A DNA stretch of 63,663 bases, filler included, from Bigelowiella natans CCMP2755 (Eukaryota; Protista; Cercozoa): NCBI GenBank assembly GCA_000320545.1. It is 5 parts of 5 records of this genome, joined end to end, with 100 filler letters (N's around TTAATTAATTAA, not from the genome) between each part and the next. Parts side by side here need not be neighbours in the genome. Positions count along the whole stretch, not along the records: positions 1 to 25,176 come from ADNK01001348.1; 4 more parts are not named here. One strand, given 5' to 3'. Below the pieces are notes generated by a model. It searched no databases, was not told the DNA's origin, and saw only the letters and a program-made list of their open reading frames with translations. Positions 1-13,499 of this stretch are shown one piece after another; the stretch's first letter is position 1, and each line of letters starts with the position of its first letter. Position numbers and translations under genes: made by a program.

Positions 1-248
1 CAAGCCATGTATAACACAACATGGAATGATAATTTATTGCTTCAAGGTCATCACGAGAAATCGATCTGGACTTTAGCCTTCTTGATGGGCGTCCGGACGT
101 GTCGGTCATTGATGTTGAGTATGATTACTTGGGAATTGTACTCGGTGCCAGGTATTTTCTATATCCATGCTTCGTAGAACGATGATACTATGTTTTGTGT
201 GTTTTGTGTGTGTATATATCAAGCACAATATATAAATATAGTATAATA

Positions 249-304
<56 letters not shown>

Positions 305-665
305 TCTCTCTCTCTCTCTCTCTCTCTCCCTCTCTCTATATATGTATATATAGATACAGAGAGAGAGAGCAACCGGGGAATGGAGGACGCGCGCGGGAGG
401 GGGTGCTTCTTCGAGAACACCCAAAGTAGTATATTTACCCATCGACGTAGATTGCTCGCTCTCTCTGATTTTCGAGGTGCAATCAATAACGTCACACAGG
501 CAATAGCGGTCTCAGACGGCTCTACATACTTGGAGGGCGGAGAGGCAGAGAGTACGAGATATGAGCATCATTGGATATCTTCTACACCTTCTTCACTAAA
601 ATCAATACCATCATCTATTCTCTATATTGAAGACCTTAACCCATCTGATCTCCCTCTCCCTCTCT

Positions 666-717
<52 letters not shown>

Positions 718-1677
718 CGCACGCACACACACACACACACACACACACTTAGACATAGATATGACCATCTTCTTGCCCGCTTCCTACCTCTCAGACGTGT
801 AATGGATGAAGTTCGCGAATGTCTCCAGAGGCGGCAATCGATGTCACCATTCAAGCGCGGTGGTGATGAGATTCAAAGGGGGGGGTACCCTCAGAGAAGG
901 CGCCGTTATTCATCAAGGGATTCCTCGCGACCTACTTCGAGAAGACGTGTCTCATCTCGGTCGAGACCTCTTCGTCAGTATCGTCGTCGTCCAGTTTATC
1001 GACGGTTTCGCGACGAAGAAACATCTAGGCCGCCTCTTAGACACCCGCCTCTTAGACACCCACCTTGATTTGTCAAGTATAGGTCATGATGCGTAGTAGG
1101 GACGACAGGCTTTTGTTATCTAATCGCTACAATCCCCAGCAGCAAAAGAACATGAATGACTTATGAAAAACAGAACACGTTGTGTATTGCCGGCCCGTGT
1201 CATAGTTCAAAGTGCATGCAGTGATGCATGGAACCATGATCGCCTCATTGAAGCGGCCATGTACCGGCGATATCGCTGCATAATGCATTTTCCCTATCTG
1301 TACAAGTGGGCTGCTTACCTGCTTAAATGCTAAATCCACGCATTTGCTAGCATTGCATGCTAGCTAGCTAGGTTGCCATGACTTAAAATGATGGCAGCAG
1401 CAAGGAAGCAAGGAACATACATAGCTCAGAGCTAGATAGCCCGCAATGAAGCGCGTAGAGCGCTGCTCCTGCTTCGTAACTAGATATGGATTTTAAACAC
1501 ACCACGATTCAGGGAGATTACTACAGTCGATGTTGCAGCTTTTAATTTAGGGATCGTCATGCACGTAACAAATTCTGCTGGATTTTCTCAATTTCCCGCA
1601 TGATGAGTACCCGCCAAAGACAAATAGAATGGACAGAGAAACGCTAACTAACACATAAAGCATATACAATATAAGAA

Positions 1678-3039
1678 CTACTCCATTTGGTTGAAAAGCT
1701 CGTCCGAATTCGCGGAATTCGTTGCTTGTCGAATGGGTTTTCCAGGCGGTATGTCTTCGCCGCTGCCAACAGGGGCATCCTCATCTAACTCCAACTCCAA
1801 GTCCTCTTCTTCGTAGCGCTTTGGGCTAATAGGCTGCGGAGGGGGGACGAGTGATCTTTGTGGGGAAGTGAGCTTCCGTCTTCGTTTGCGGACTCTTGTT
1901 TTAACATGTTGCTGACTGAATGGCGCAATGCGATCGTCAATTGAGATTGCTTTCTCATCTCCAAAATCTTCTCCTTCTCCTTTTCTATCTCCTCCTTCTT
2001 GATCTGGAGGAAGCTGTGCTGATAATTCATCTTCATCATTCTCTGTCAGCATAACGCCCAGGCTTCCATTTGAAGGTTCCCTAAAACCCTCTTCGTTGCG
2101 TGGTGGAGTTTCCGGATTTGGCTGTGACTTCTCCATCCTAGAGCCTTTTACTACCCCTACTCTACTCTTCAAAAGTCCCTTTAGTCGTCGATTTTCTTCT
2201 TCTAGTCTCTCCTTGCCCTCTAGCAGCTGCCGAATTTTCCGTTTCTTGGTGTTCAGAAGCACAACGAATTTACCGAGCAACTCGTTCTCCATGTCATTTT
2301 TGTTCGAAGCAGCTTCTCGAATCTGGACTTCGCTAGTTTTTAAATTTTCAGTCAACATTTCCAACTTTGAGTCTTGAAGCTTTACTATTTTTTTCGTCGT
2401 GTATAAGGAATCGTGGAGCGTTTGCATAAGTTTTTTAGCTCCGTTGCTGCGGGAAAGAGACTTGAATTTAAGTGTTGCAATGTGGATTTGCGGGCTCCTA
2501 TCGAGGCTCTTTTCACCAAGCTCTACAGAGATTTCTAAATTGAAATGTTTACTAACATTCGACTCATCTACCCCTTTTATCTTAAACGAGTAGCGCTGCC
2601 GTGAGTCACCTGGGGACTTTGTTGAGTTTATCGTTTGGAGGGCCTCAACAAAGTCCTTTCTAAACTTGGTATCGTCAGACTTGTTATTGGATCCCTTAAT
2701 ATCTTGAAGGCTTTGCCTCGCCATCCAGTATGTTGAGTTATCTGCAGTGCACATGATGACACTCCACACCTCTTTCTTCGATTTCTGTGTGCTTCCTCTT
2801 CTCGCAAGGAGATAGTGCTTAGAAGCCTCAGACTGGCCGGGCAGTTGGAAGTGAACCTTGATAAACATCGCATCTTTGAGGTAGTACTCTACCCGGTCGT
2901 CGTTGTCGTTGGGCATTGTGGAAGTCTCGTTCGGTGCTGGGCAGAGCTCCGACGAGGGAAGCCATTCGGTTGTTGTAGTTGTTGCGGATCTCTTAGATGT
3001 GAGTCTTTTTTTTGTGCTAAATATATCCGAAACTTGCAC
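1678..3039 (-). CDS. XRCC4: DNA repair protein XRCC4 (NHEJ), single exon; the true start may be the Met at 2916 (MPNDND...)
   Basis: 453-aa uninterrupted ORF. A beta-rich head is followed by a coiled coil containing KNDMENELLGKFVVLLNTKKRKIRQL, matching the ligase-IV-binding stalk of XRCC4 (human ...[20 protein letters not shown]). The acidic disordered tail has a basic NLS-like RVRKRRRK. Confidence 0.85.
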   Translation of the reverse strand: MQVSDIFSTKKRLTSKRSATTTTTEWLPSSELCPAPNETSTMPNDNDDRVEYYLKDAMFIKVHFQLPGQSEASKHYLLARRGSTQKSKKEVWSVIMCTADNSTYWMARQSLQDIKGSNNKSDDTKFRKDFVEALQTINSTKSPGDSRQRYSFKIKGVDESNVSKHFNLEISVELGEKSLDRSPQIHIATLKFKSLSRSNGAKKLMQTLHDSLYTTKKIVKLQDSKLEMLTENLKTSEVQIREAASNKNDMENELLGKFVVLLNTKKRKIRQLLEGKERLEEENRRLKGLLKSRVGVVKGSRMEKSQPNPETPPRNEEGFREPSNGSLGVMLTENDEDELSAQLPPDQEGGDRKGEGEDFGDEKAISIDDRIAPFSQQHVKTRVRKRRRKLTSPQRSLVPPPQPISPKRYEEEDLELELDEDAPVGSGEDIPPGKPIRQATNSANSDELFNQME

Positions 3040-3211
3040 ATGCTTCCGATGCCTCCCGAGGGAGGACTTGCTTTCCTTTTGCGCTTCTGTCCAGGTTTTA
3101 TCCGTTGTCGTAGGATGTTTCCCGCATATTTTTGCATCTCAGAAAATTCTCGTAACGTTCCTCGCCGCCATCGTGCACGTGAGCGGAGCGGGAATACGAC
3201 TACAACTAGGA

Positions 3212-4051
3212 ATGGAGCTTCCAGGAGCTTCCGGCAGTGTTCTTCGCTTGCCGGAGAGGAAATCTGCTGGCGTCCAACGCCCAGAGGAGGGTTCCATGAG
3301 CATTGGTGATTTCTTCCCTGGGTGGAAGGCGCTGGCCGGAGAAACACCGCAGCGCGGACCCAAGCCAGCCAAATCCACCGTATCTATGCTCTGGGATGGA
3401 TTTTCGGAAGAGGTAGTCATTCGTACACGGTACCCGTGAGCTGCTTTTCATGCCATATGATTTCGCATCTGGCTGCTGCACAGAAAGAAAAGAACGCAAT
3501 GGCGCGGTTGGAAGCCATTATCAAGCACGGACACCCAGAGGTTGCTTCATGGGTGGTAGCATTTGGGAAGCCCTTTCGCTACATATTCGACAATAAAACG
3601 GTGGGTACTTTCTAATATATAAATGGCTGCATGACGCATAACTTCTCTTCTCCTCATTGCATTGCTGTCGTCGCAGCTTTTGCCCTCATGTTCCTGGCTT
3701 GTGCTGGAGTATTTGGCCGGAAGCACCCCCCGTTTAGACCAAATCGCAGTGGCTATCGTCCCATTGAAAAAGGAGAAAACCGACGCCACCGAATCGGAAG
3801 AGTCCCTAAAAAAAGACAATGGAGAGGACGGCGCGGTGGCTCGAAACCCTGAGGAAAAGAAGCATCCGAATGGAGAGGGGCTAGGAAAATGCAGCGTTGA
3901 AGATGTCGCCGAGCTAATAACAGGGTTGGATTTCAGAATCCAAGATTTGATAAATTTCGAAGAACTGCCGCAGAGGGCAAAGGAAAAGTTCCAAGAAAAC
4001 CCACTCATGACAATCGTGCGTTTCACGAATGCACGTCCGCAGCGAAAGTAG
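3212..4051 (+). CDS. Hypothetical protein, 3 exons (3212-3412, 3484-3600, 3677-4051), head-to-head with XRCC4
   Basis: Two short GT..AG introns, both phase 0, join three ORF-track fragments into one open frame (...WDGFSEE|KEKNAMARLEAII...FDNKT|LLPSCSWLVLEYLAG...). No family recognised. Confidence 0.55.
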
Positions 4052-4150
4052 CAGCCATTTTTCCTCCCCTTCAAATATGCGTGCATCTTCTCATATATTT
4101 AAATAGTTGTTTCACAGCATGTACGCGTCGAGTTTGCGGAGTATTACATT

Positions 4151-4197
<47 letters not shown>

Positions 4198-4599
4198 GTT
4201 TTTGTTGGGGGGGTTGGAAATATAAGGGTTTCATGTAATAACCTTCCCCTGCGAGCTCTTCTGATTCTTTGCATGCAATCCGAATTTTGATCAAATGAGA
4301 GTTATCATGGGTCCGAGAAAGCCATGGCCTGAGCAAGTAATATTGTATTTTTCAAACTAGTGGACGTCGGCCGTCGGTGACCAACGGACAACACCAGGCG
4401 GCATTGGCCGTATCTATGCTTGATGGAATGGAGTTTATGGGGGCTAAATTAGAGGTCACCCTGCAGCCCTTTGCTACCAGCCCCCTCTGCGACAACAGGG
4501 ACTCTATTTCATCTTTGATGTCGACGGAGCTGGGCGACTGAGTACGATGTGTGCCTAACACACGGCCGCCGCCACATACCAGACGACGCACAATGCACT

Positions 4600-5500
4600 C
4601 AAGATGCTATAAACCTTGCAAAAATGATGAAGTTAATCTAAAATGAATGCGCTATGCCAGCCTCACGAACGGTACATGGTGCTATGATACGACACAGCCG
4701 TGACTGCTACGTAAGGCGTATAGCAGGCACGCGCATATATTCTCCTGCCTTTGCCATCTTTGAGTTGTGCAGCATAAGACTAAGGAGGGCGTCTATTTAT
4801 TAGCCCTATCGTACGTGCCATGACAGCCGAATCAGAAGCACAGCAGCATTGATGTAACGAGCACGCACTGCGCACATCGTACGCGTAGTGTTCCGCATGC
4901 CTTGTGCATGTGGCTGTCTAGTTGTGCGCAGTCTAGCAGTGCCATATACCTTCAGCCTTCTGCATGTATGCGTCTTAGTACTTGTACTCGTAGTTTTGCA
5001 CGCAGCTAGCTAGACAGCTACATTACTATAGTCCTTAGCTAGTTAGAGCTGGCTATTGAAAAAATATAATTGTTTATTATAAGACGGATGTAATGAAATG
5101 TCGTTTAAATTTTTCAATTCTCATCCTAACTGTAGCTAGTTATGCAATGCAGCGGCTACAGCGCTAGCTTACGTTGTATCTATTTGTTTCCTTTGTCACA
5201 TGTTGCATGCATGAAAAAGCATGTCCTAGCCTTTCCATGTGGATACGTCGTATCTAGCTTTAGATCTATACTAGCTAGTATAGCGCAATAATAAAGCGGT
5301 AAATGATGACTAGCGCCTAGCGCCAAGTATTGTGACTGTGACTGCACGTCTAGCTAGATGTCTAGATGTGGTCACACTTTGCTGCATACTATCATTAGTA
5401 TGCGCACGACGCGGCGACTATGCAGCATCTTTTAATCTTCTGCATTTATTAGTGTGCTACTGACGACACTTCTAGACCGCTAGTAGCCTTGGCAATGCGT
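4600..5500. other. CTAG-rich, CC/GG-poor intergenic tract
   Basis: About 18 CTAG counted in 4918-5483, against about 2 expected at uniform composition; no long ORFs. Confidence 0.75.
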
Positions 5501-5743
5501 GCATGTGTATATGGGCATGCACAATGTCTTCACCGCAACATGCATGTGCATCTTTCAAAGCATAGCAACGATCGAGAGGCAAACAAGCTTGTTATGTGCC
5601 TCATTAATTTACTTGCTTGGATCGGTCATTAGTCAGTCGCTTATCTTATTATCGGTGGCCCAGCATGCATTCTACGTTCGAAAGCACGGTGTATCTGAAC
5701 TGTGCGCAGGCCGCGAATAATCGACTCAATGATCATCATCATT

Positions 5744-5774
<31 letters not shown>

Positions 5775-5796
5775 TCGTAATCAATGGCTAGTCTTC

Positions 5797-5853
5797 TTAG
5801 TCCGACGATTGAAGCCCCATCCACCTTGCCCACCATATCCAGGTCACGCCTGT

Positions 5854-5895
<42 letters not shown>

Positions 5896-5933
5896 CGTGA
5901 GCACTCTTTATGCAACTCGCACTAAACTCTGGG

Positions 5934-5978
<45 letters not shown>

Positions 5979-6744
5979 CTTTCTCCCTCTTTCACACACA
6001 CACACACACACACACAGCATACCTCCGAGATAGTTATTGTACACCCTCGTTGCCGTCGAGGCGGCGGTTTGCGCGAGCTCTCCGGGGATCCTTGGCAGCA
6101 GCGACTGCTCCAGGCCATTCACAATCTGATACCTGCGTCGTGGGTGAGAGGAGAAGGAAAAACGATACGGAGAGTTATACCCGAGACAAGGCGTGGAGGG
6201 GGGGGGGGGGGACGACCATACCGCGGATTGGAGGATACGAACATGTACGCGCCGAAGTTTAAGGCTGAGACAAACACAGGGCAATTACGGAAGTGAGTTC
6301 GGGATTATGCACACACAAATAAACGCGAGGGGAGCAAGGAGGCCAAAACAACTTCGCTCCGGCAAGGCGGCCGATTTCATCCTCAACAATGCGGCAGAAA
6401 TCATCATCATCAGAATACAGTCTTCGATGTCGGCCGCGTACCTGTCGGGACAATTGGTGCAAGCTCGACAGCGCTGCAATGCTCCGGATTCAGCTTCTCG
6501 CTAAAAGAGAGGAGAGCGGCCAGGGGGGGAGGAGGGGAGGAGGGAGGAGGAGCGCAGTGAGTATTGTGAAATCGTGCTTTGTAAGGGGAGAGGAGAGGAG
6601 GAGGAGGGCACGTGGTGTACTAGTGTTTGTGGTAAACGCAGCAGCAGCAGCCGCAGCTATATCATACTAGGTGGGTGGAGACATAACTTACCGAAGGGTA
6701 ATCAGCCCCTTAGCCATTCCTTGCCCGACCTGCACAAATATTAA

Positions 6745-6778
<34 letters not shown>

Positions 6779-7133
6779 GATAACGATGACGCAGAGTAGG
6801 AGGTAGAAGATTACGGCGAAGACAAGGCATGATGGTTGACGCACACGCGCGCGAATGTTTCACCAAATACAAAAACATAAACATGTTCTTGTCGACCGCT
6901 GACGCTGCAGTTCCGAGCACGGCAAATTGAGCCCCCTTCAGCATACCTAGCGATTCATTGCAGGATCATTATTCAATGGCCCGAAAGACGTGGTGACGGT
7001 GGTAGTAGTTGGTAGTAGTATTAGTAGTAACACCGCAGGCGAATCTTTGAGCAGGTGTATAGCTTCCAGACTGAGCGACGAAAGCTGGAAGCTTGGCAAG
7101 AGCCGCTCCGATCTGTACAAATAAATGCATATA

Positions 7134-7205
<72 letters not shown>

Positions 7206-9017
7206 AATGTATACATGGCCGCGCCGCGGGACGAATACGAGCGGTAATGTCTCCCGAACAATCCCCCTCACATCACGCCCCCAATTTTCATCAAAAATAT
7301 CATGATACGGCAGTAGCAGTGGTAGCAGTAGTAGTGGTAATAATAAGCAGTAGTAGTAGTAGCAGCAACAACATTTGACCAACAATTGATGCGAATAATA
7401 CTCACCCCCGCAGTAGCCGGGGCAGCAATGGGGGCGGCCGGAGATAGAGCTGTGACGAGTGCGATGTTGGCTGCAATGACAATGGACAAATCCGCACATA
7501 CAAAATCCAACTGGAGGGTAGCGGTCGTGGTGCATAGAGAGCAGGAATAAGAAAAGCAACAATAGTAAGATGATGATGATGATGGATGATGATGATGAAG
7601 ATAGTCAGATATTTACACTGAAACAACTGCGCCGGTACCAAAGAAACACCGACAATTTCCTACCACGCGGCTTGGCCGTGTTGTCGTGGTACTCTCGGTT
7701 CGGCAAAGAGTGCAAATCGCGCACAACATTTTGATATCGATGTGATTTTTGAAGTGTCGCTCTGTGTTAGTTCATAAGCAACTAGTGCAGGACCTGCTCT
7801 TTGAATTTGTCTCCGCGCTGCTGCAGCTGCGCCACGAGGGTGGCTCCCAGCCTGATAATAGAGTAGTAGTAGTAGTAGTAGTAGTAGTAGCAGCAGCAGC
7901 AGCAGCAGTAGCGATTTGAATCTTATTTTAATCCGATCGAGCTAAGTTTGAATACTTGTGTTTGTGTGTGTAATCACTGATGACAAAATAAGTTCATACC
8001 CTACGCCGATTTCGATCCCCAACGTTCGCATAAATGCGGGGTTCATGATCAAACGGTCTCGGATCATCTGCCCGATTACAAACACCAAAAAACAAATCAC
8101 ACTTCGCCACCGCGCACCGGTCTTAGCAGGGCACAGCTGCTCCGCCACGCTAAGCTACGAGCACGCATTACCGTGGATGTTTCCATGAACCGCCTCATGA
8201 TGGGACTCCTTTGAGCAACGAGCCAGTTTTGGAGCGCATCTATCACAAGAAACAAGGCAGCGAACTATAACGACGAGAACAACCATGGCGATAGATAAAA
8301 AATAAGGTTTATAACTATCACCCATCCCTGTTCCCCGCTCCCCATTTTTTTTAAATTTTGCCCCACCAAGGCCTATCCGTCCGGAGAGAAATGCCTTTAT
8401 GAGGTCTGCTGGAATAGAGTTCTCGTCTAGTCCATTGTCCTTAAGGAACTTTGATAGTCGGAGACTCAAATCGTTGCCCTTCATTGTTTGAATACACGCG
8501 GAGGATGAGCGACGAATATCACAGAGGAAGGGGGAGGAGGGAGGGTGTGTTATTTGCGTGTGTTTCGGAGAACGTTACCTTGTTCTTATTCGCATCGTCG
8601 TCGCCACTATCCCTATCATCATCCTGCAGGCTTAGATCTGCTTTTCCTGCAGTTCGCCTCCCTCCGTCGCCGCCGTTGCCACTGGCACCGCCCAGCTGTG
8701 GCGAGGGGGGACGAATGTTGCGAAGGCCGGAAAACATTCTCAGGCCGGAGGATGAAGCGTATCCTGTTTGCCGTCCACGAATTCTGAAAAAAAATGACAA
8801 TGTAAATCGGCAAACTATCGGTGGGGCCCCTCTGAAATGAGCTCTCCAAGAGCCTCAAAAAAGGCTGATTTTAGAAACATCCTTACCCGCTCCCACGGGA
8901 GAGTATTTGAGGCGATCCAGGACTGGACAGAGCCAGGAAGGTGGACAATACGCACGCCAGCGCGATGAGGACCAGCCAGGCGACTGGGGATGTACCATGT
9001 CTTCGACTCTCCTCCAT
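5797..9017 (-). CDS. RETICULATA-related (DUF3411) plastid envelope protein, multi-exon, with bipartite targeting leader
   Basis: Spliced exons give MIRDRLIMNPAFMRTLGIEIGVG|LGATLVAQLQQRGDKFKEQ|LDFVCADLSIVIAANIALVTALSPA...|LPAFVAQSGSYTPAQRF|LKGAQFAVLGTAASA|VGQGMAKGLITLR|...LNFGAYMFVSSNPR|YQIVNGLEQ...RVYNNYLG|GVTWIWWARWMGLQ. These follow the RER/DUF3411 motifs in order. The N-terminus has a hydrophobic signal peptide and a Gly-rich spacer. Confidence 0.85.
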
Positions 9018-9703
9018 TTGTTTGGAACCTACAATGTTGTGTGTGTTACGCGAATACGTGACGATATAAGAAGTTTGGTAAGGTCGATATCCTTCCTGCC
9101 TCCTCTACAGGCCATAAAGTCAAACTGTAGAATGACATTAGGCTGAGGAAGTGAGACATTTCAACCCTTGTACACGAACTGAGGAGGAGGGGGGGGCTTA
9201 CTTGAGCGCAACTTCTTTTTCCTGGAACTTTGAAGGGTGCCGTTGTGAAAATTACATGTACTAAAATTAACCTGCGAATATTATATACGACAAGCATTTT
9301 TTATGCGTAGCTCACTAAAAACCCCGCGTTCTGCAATCGTAGGAAGGCCGCCTCCCGTTGTGCCGTTACAACCGGCTGGTAATCGAGTCGTAGAAACAAA
9401 ACACCCGAAACTTTTGAAATTATCGGATAATGTACCAGGTAGAACGGAGGCTTTCCTTGTTAGAGGTAGCTCACATTTTCGGGTGCGACAAGGCTTGGAC
9501 GCAGGACCCAGACCCGAATCTCTTTTTCGCTGCGACATCTTTTCGAAGACGTAATTGGCAAGAATTCACCTATTTTTCCTACGAAAAAATGGGGGTCGCT
9601 GTTACTACCGGGGGGTGAATCTCGAAACAACTCCCGGACGGAAATTCAAATAATCGTTCAAAAAAATGGCTCGGGCGCTCACGTTGCCGACTCCAATGCA
9701 ACG

Positions 9704-10561
9704 ATGACGGAAGGGCTGCATCATAGAAGCGCCTTGTCTTCCCTACTCCTCCTACTGCTCTGTTGCTTGCAAACCTTTTGCCTCCCACTGGGAAAAAAGG
9801 TGCTTAACATGCGGCTTTGTCTTCTGAGAAAGGCACAACTTCACACTCTTTCTTCTCTTGCGGTTCAGATTCGCGGTGATGTTCAGAGAAGGAACCGGTT
9901 TCTTCGGGGAGGATGGGTTGCACGTGTAGTGGAGGTTGTGGACCACTCTGAAGGACGATTCACGGAGGGCCTCACGCTGGTAATAAATGCTACTTCAGCA
10001 GCGACTATCTGCCCCCCCCCCTGTCTTTACTCACAACTAACACGTAAACTTTTCGCATGAAAGGATTCGGAGAATGGCATGCTTATCGAGTCTACAGGGC
10101 GTAAGAACCACAGCTGCATCTTTTCGTCCCCGATCAGGCAGCATCAGTCGACGCATAAGCACCATCGCCTGAACTCACAGCTGCACAGAGAGGCCATCAC
10201 GACGAATGCTTCTGCACGCCAAGAGGAAGGCAGCAGGGTTCTCAAAACCTGCCTCAACTCGGGGGAATTTGGCGAGGGGATCACCGTTCTGGGTGATAGG
10301 TGATGTTCGTTAGCGCAAGATTGGAAATATGGCGGGCAGATGTTCCATTGCCGCAGCTTATCATTTTCTCTTTGATTCAGAGCTCGTGCAGATTTTCTGA
10401 GATGCGATGAGACTTCACATTTTCTCTTTTCTTTGCTGTTGGCAGAGTATACCAGCTCACGTATAAAGCCCGCGTCGTCCATGCGTATGAACGGTAGTTT
10501 CGCGATTGATTCGAAACAAAAGTAGTAGGAGAAAAATGGACCTGCAACATGTATATGAATA

Positions 10562-10622
<61 letters not shown>

Positions 10623-10689
10623 CATATGTATGTGTGCATCTTTCCCATGTACACACACACGCACACACACAGACAACACACATATAATA

Positions 10690-10734
<45 letters not shown>

Positions 10735-12360
10735 TGAATAGAAAATCTCTTGAGGCTGTGGAGACTCTCCCACTACCAGCATCTGGCCCTGAAGAGGGTT
10801 GGGGGCTGACGTCGGACGGTCAAACTCTCTTCATCAGCGACGGAACCGACACGGTATTATGCTCTTATTCCAAACGCTGCAATGGCGGTGCGGCAATCGT
10901 TGAAACATAGCTCTTCTCGAATAATTCAAGCCCAGACATTTGTGATGTTTTAGTGATGATGATGATGATGATGATAATAATAATAATGCCATTTTGGCCA
11001 CGCCACCAATGAATAATTCAGAGAAGCATTTCCGTTTTGACTCCCCTGCTACGCATTTGGCGTCATGAAACCATCATCATCACCATCATCGTTCTTGTCA
11101 CCGTCGCATATCTGAACTGCTATCTGCCACCACATTCATGCAGCTGCACCTTCTGGACGACCGGCTGAGGCCTCTCGGCGTTCTGCGAACGTCAAATCCA
11201 AATCCGCCGCCACCTCCTCGCAACCGCACACAACAACCAAAACAAAGATTGGAGAACCACGGTGCCGGGAGTGCATTTCTCCCACCGCCGTCTTCCTCAG
11301 CCTCATTGTCATCGTCTTCATCGCCGACACCCCTTCTCCCCCCCCTTCGGCTGAACGAGCTTGAGTTTGTTCCCGGGAATGTTACCGGGATTACCGAGAA
11401 CGACCCAAACGGCCTCATATTTGCGAACCTACTGATGTCGTCGCGCTGTCTCGCGGCCATATCGCCCGATACGGGGCACGTGAAGGTAGGCTAAGTGGGG
11501 TGTGCGCGTGTTTGCGGACGGAATCGCGTGTCTTTCGCCTGCGGCAGCTTTGCACAGTGCCGTGTTTTCAGCAAGCTTTTCTGATATCGATCCCCGTCGT
11601 TACGTTCGGATGATTTTGGTACGACAGGGCTACACGGTGCTGCCTGAGAGCCTGTACAAGGACAACCCGAACCCGGTATTTGTTGCTATTTTTGGGGAAC
11701 TGAAGTCTAGGAAGGAGGGGGGGGGCGGGAGGCGAGGGAGGTCCTTAGATCGACTATCAATGCGAATCCGTCCTGTTTTTTCTGCCTGATTTTTGCTCTC
11801 CCTGTCATTCCTCCATGCACTTCTGACCCCTCGCGTGTCGGCCTTCATATCGTCCCCCGCCCCTCCACCGTTGTGTCGTGTGTAGCTATGGATGATGCTC
11901 AATGGAATCGCCTACGACTCGAGCTCCTCGCGTTTTCTTCTAACGGGGAAGAATTGGCCGAAAATGTATGTCTGCGGTTGGGGAGGGGGGGGGGCGGGTG
12001 GGTAAGGGCTCTACAACGCTTGTCAAATTTAGTGATGTGTGTTGTGAGCACTCTCTCCCGTCATCGTGTGGTGACCGGCGAACGCGTCTGGAAGTGTTTG
12101 AGCCTTTGATGGATGGCCCTTATGCAGATCAATACATGTTCCAATCGACGTCTTTGGGATATGTCTTATCCCTTTCAAGGAGTTTTTATTCATATTTTGC
12201 TCGGGATTTCATCTTTGATACCCCCCCCCTTCCCCCTGTTGCTATCTCATTACTGCTGTTTTCCCTTCTCTATCTTCTTTTGCCTACATATGATACACCT
12301 ACGAATGCCTCTTTCCAGGTTCTGGGTCGAGCTTTCATGGAACGAGAACGTTGATGTTAG
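9704..12360 (+). CDS. QCT: Glutaminyl-peptide cyclotransferase (plant/bacterial beta-propeller type), multi-exon, with signal peptide; 3' end uncertain (may run to ~13100)
   Basis: Motifs in order across exons: DHSEGRFTEGL, LIESTG, EFGEGITVLGDR, VYQLTYK, EGWGLTSDGQTLFISDGTD, LNELEFV, IFANL, LNGIAYD..RFLLTGKNWPKM. The N-terminus carries a poly-Leu signal. Confidence 0.88.
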
Positions 12361-12747
12361 CGTGTGTTTTCGCCACTACGTCGAGAGCCTCACGTATGAG
12401 AACCGGAGAACTATGGGAAGGGAAGAGGGGGGGGGGGGGAGGGGAGACTCAGTTATAAAATCTTATTGGAACTGTATGCGTATATTACATTGCTACATTC
12501 TATAATAATCATAATTGATGACGATGATCTCCATCGAGCTTCTCTAAACTCCTCATAATGATTTCCTCCCCCCCCCCCCTCCCCTCTTCGTATCAAGGGC
12601 ATATCCCGTCTCCTCCACCTCCTCTGATTTCCTGGTAAGTGAGCAAGCTAGCATAGAAGCTGTGAGCCTACTATGTGGGACTCATGTGGGACTCAGAAGA
12701 CAAGGAAGAAACAGAGGGAGAACGAGAGAAGACTAAACGAGGGATTG

Positions 12748-12781
<34 letters not shown>

Positions 12782-13499
12782 GTAATGATGATGAGGAGGA
12801 GGAGGGAGGAGTCGTTCGCATGCAGCGATCAGCCTTCCTCGTACTATCAAGCCCGCTCATAGATTCGTATCTCTCTACTCCTTTCATTAAAGGGGCGTGT
12901 TCCCCAAGATCTGACAGTGGTCGGAAGCTCGCGGGACGATGGGGAAACTAATGGAATAGGGGCTCTTCCCGGAAGAAACCCCAGGATGCTCGAGCGCCTC
13001 CCCGCAAAAATCTCGTCGAAGCTACAGCACCAAATTCTCGACATGCGAGCTTGGTTTCATTCGTTGACACCCGCATACATGCAGGCAGCAGCTGTGCAGC
13101 TTTGACTCGGCACGTTTCTGCAGTAGCATTGGCACAGCGAGGGGACGAATTCCGTCCGCCAGTCACAGTGGCCGTCTCGGAACCTGTGCTGTAGTAGGCT
13201 TTGCATGTTTGTCATTAGCTAGAAATCTCTCCTGGTATGTCTCGTATAGATGTAAGACGAGTGTAATCAAATTGATCAAATTTGTTCAATGGTCACCCTC
13301 ATGGAGCTGTGCAATGCAGGGGCTACAGCGCTAATGCATAGATGTCTGTCTTCATACTAGTTGCGATTGGCACACTTTCGCTAGCTTGGCGCACGCTAGC
13401 ATGGCAGATGCGTTGAGTGCACGGACAGCATGCGCAAGCTTGCCATCAATGTGCATGCCAGCTAGCCAGCTTGCAATTGTTTGAACTAACTGCTGAACT

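Noticed and set aside
1-1096. Possible exons of a gene running off the window start; 15-bp tandem duplication at 1030-1059
   Set aside because: No consistent reading frame or family could be established.
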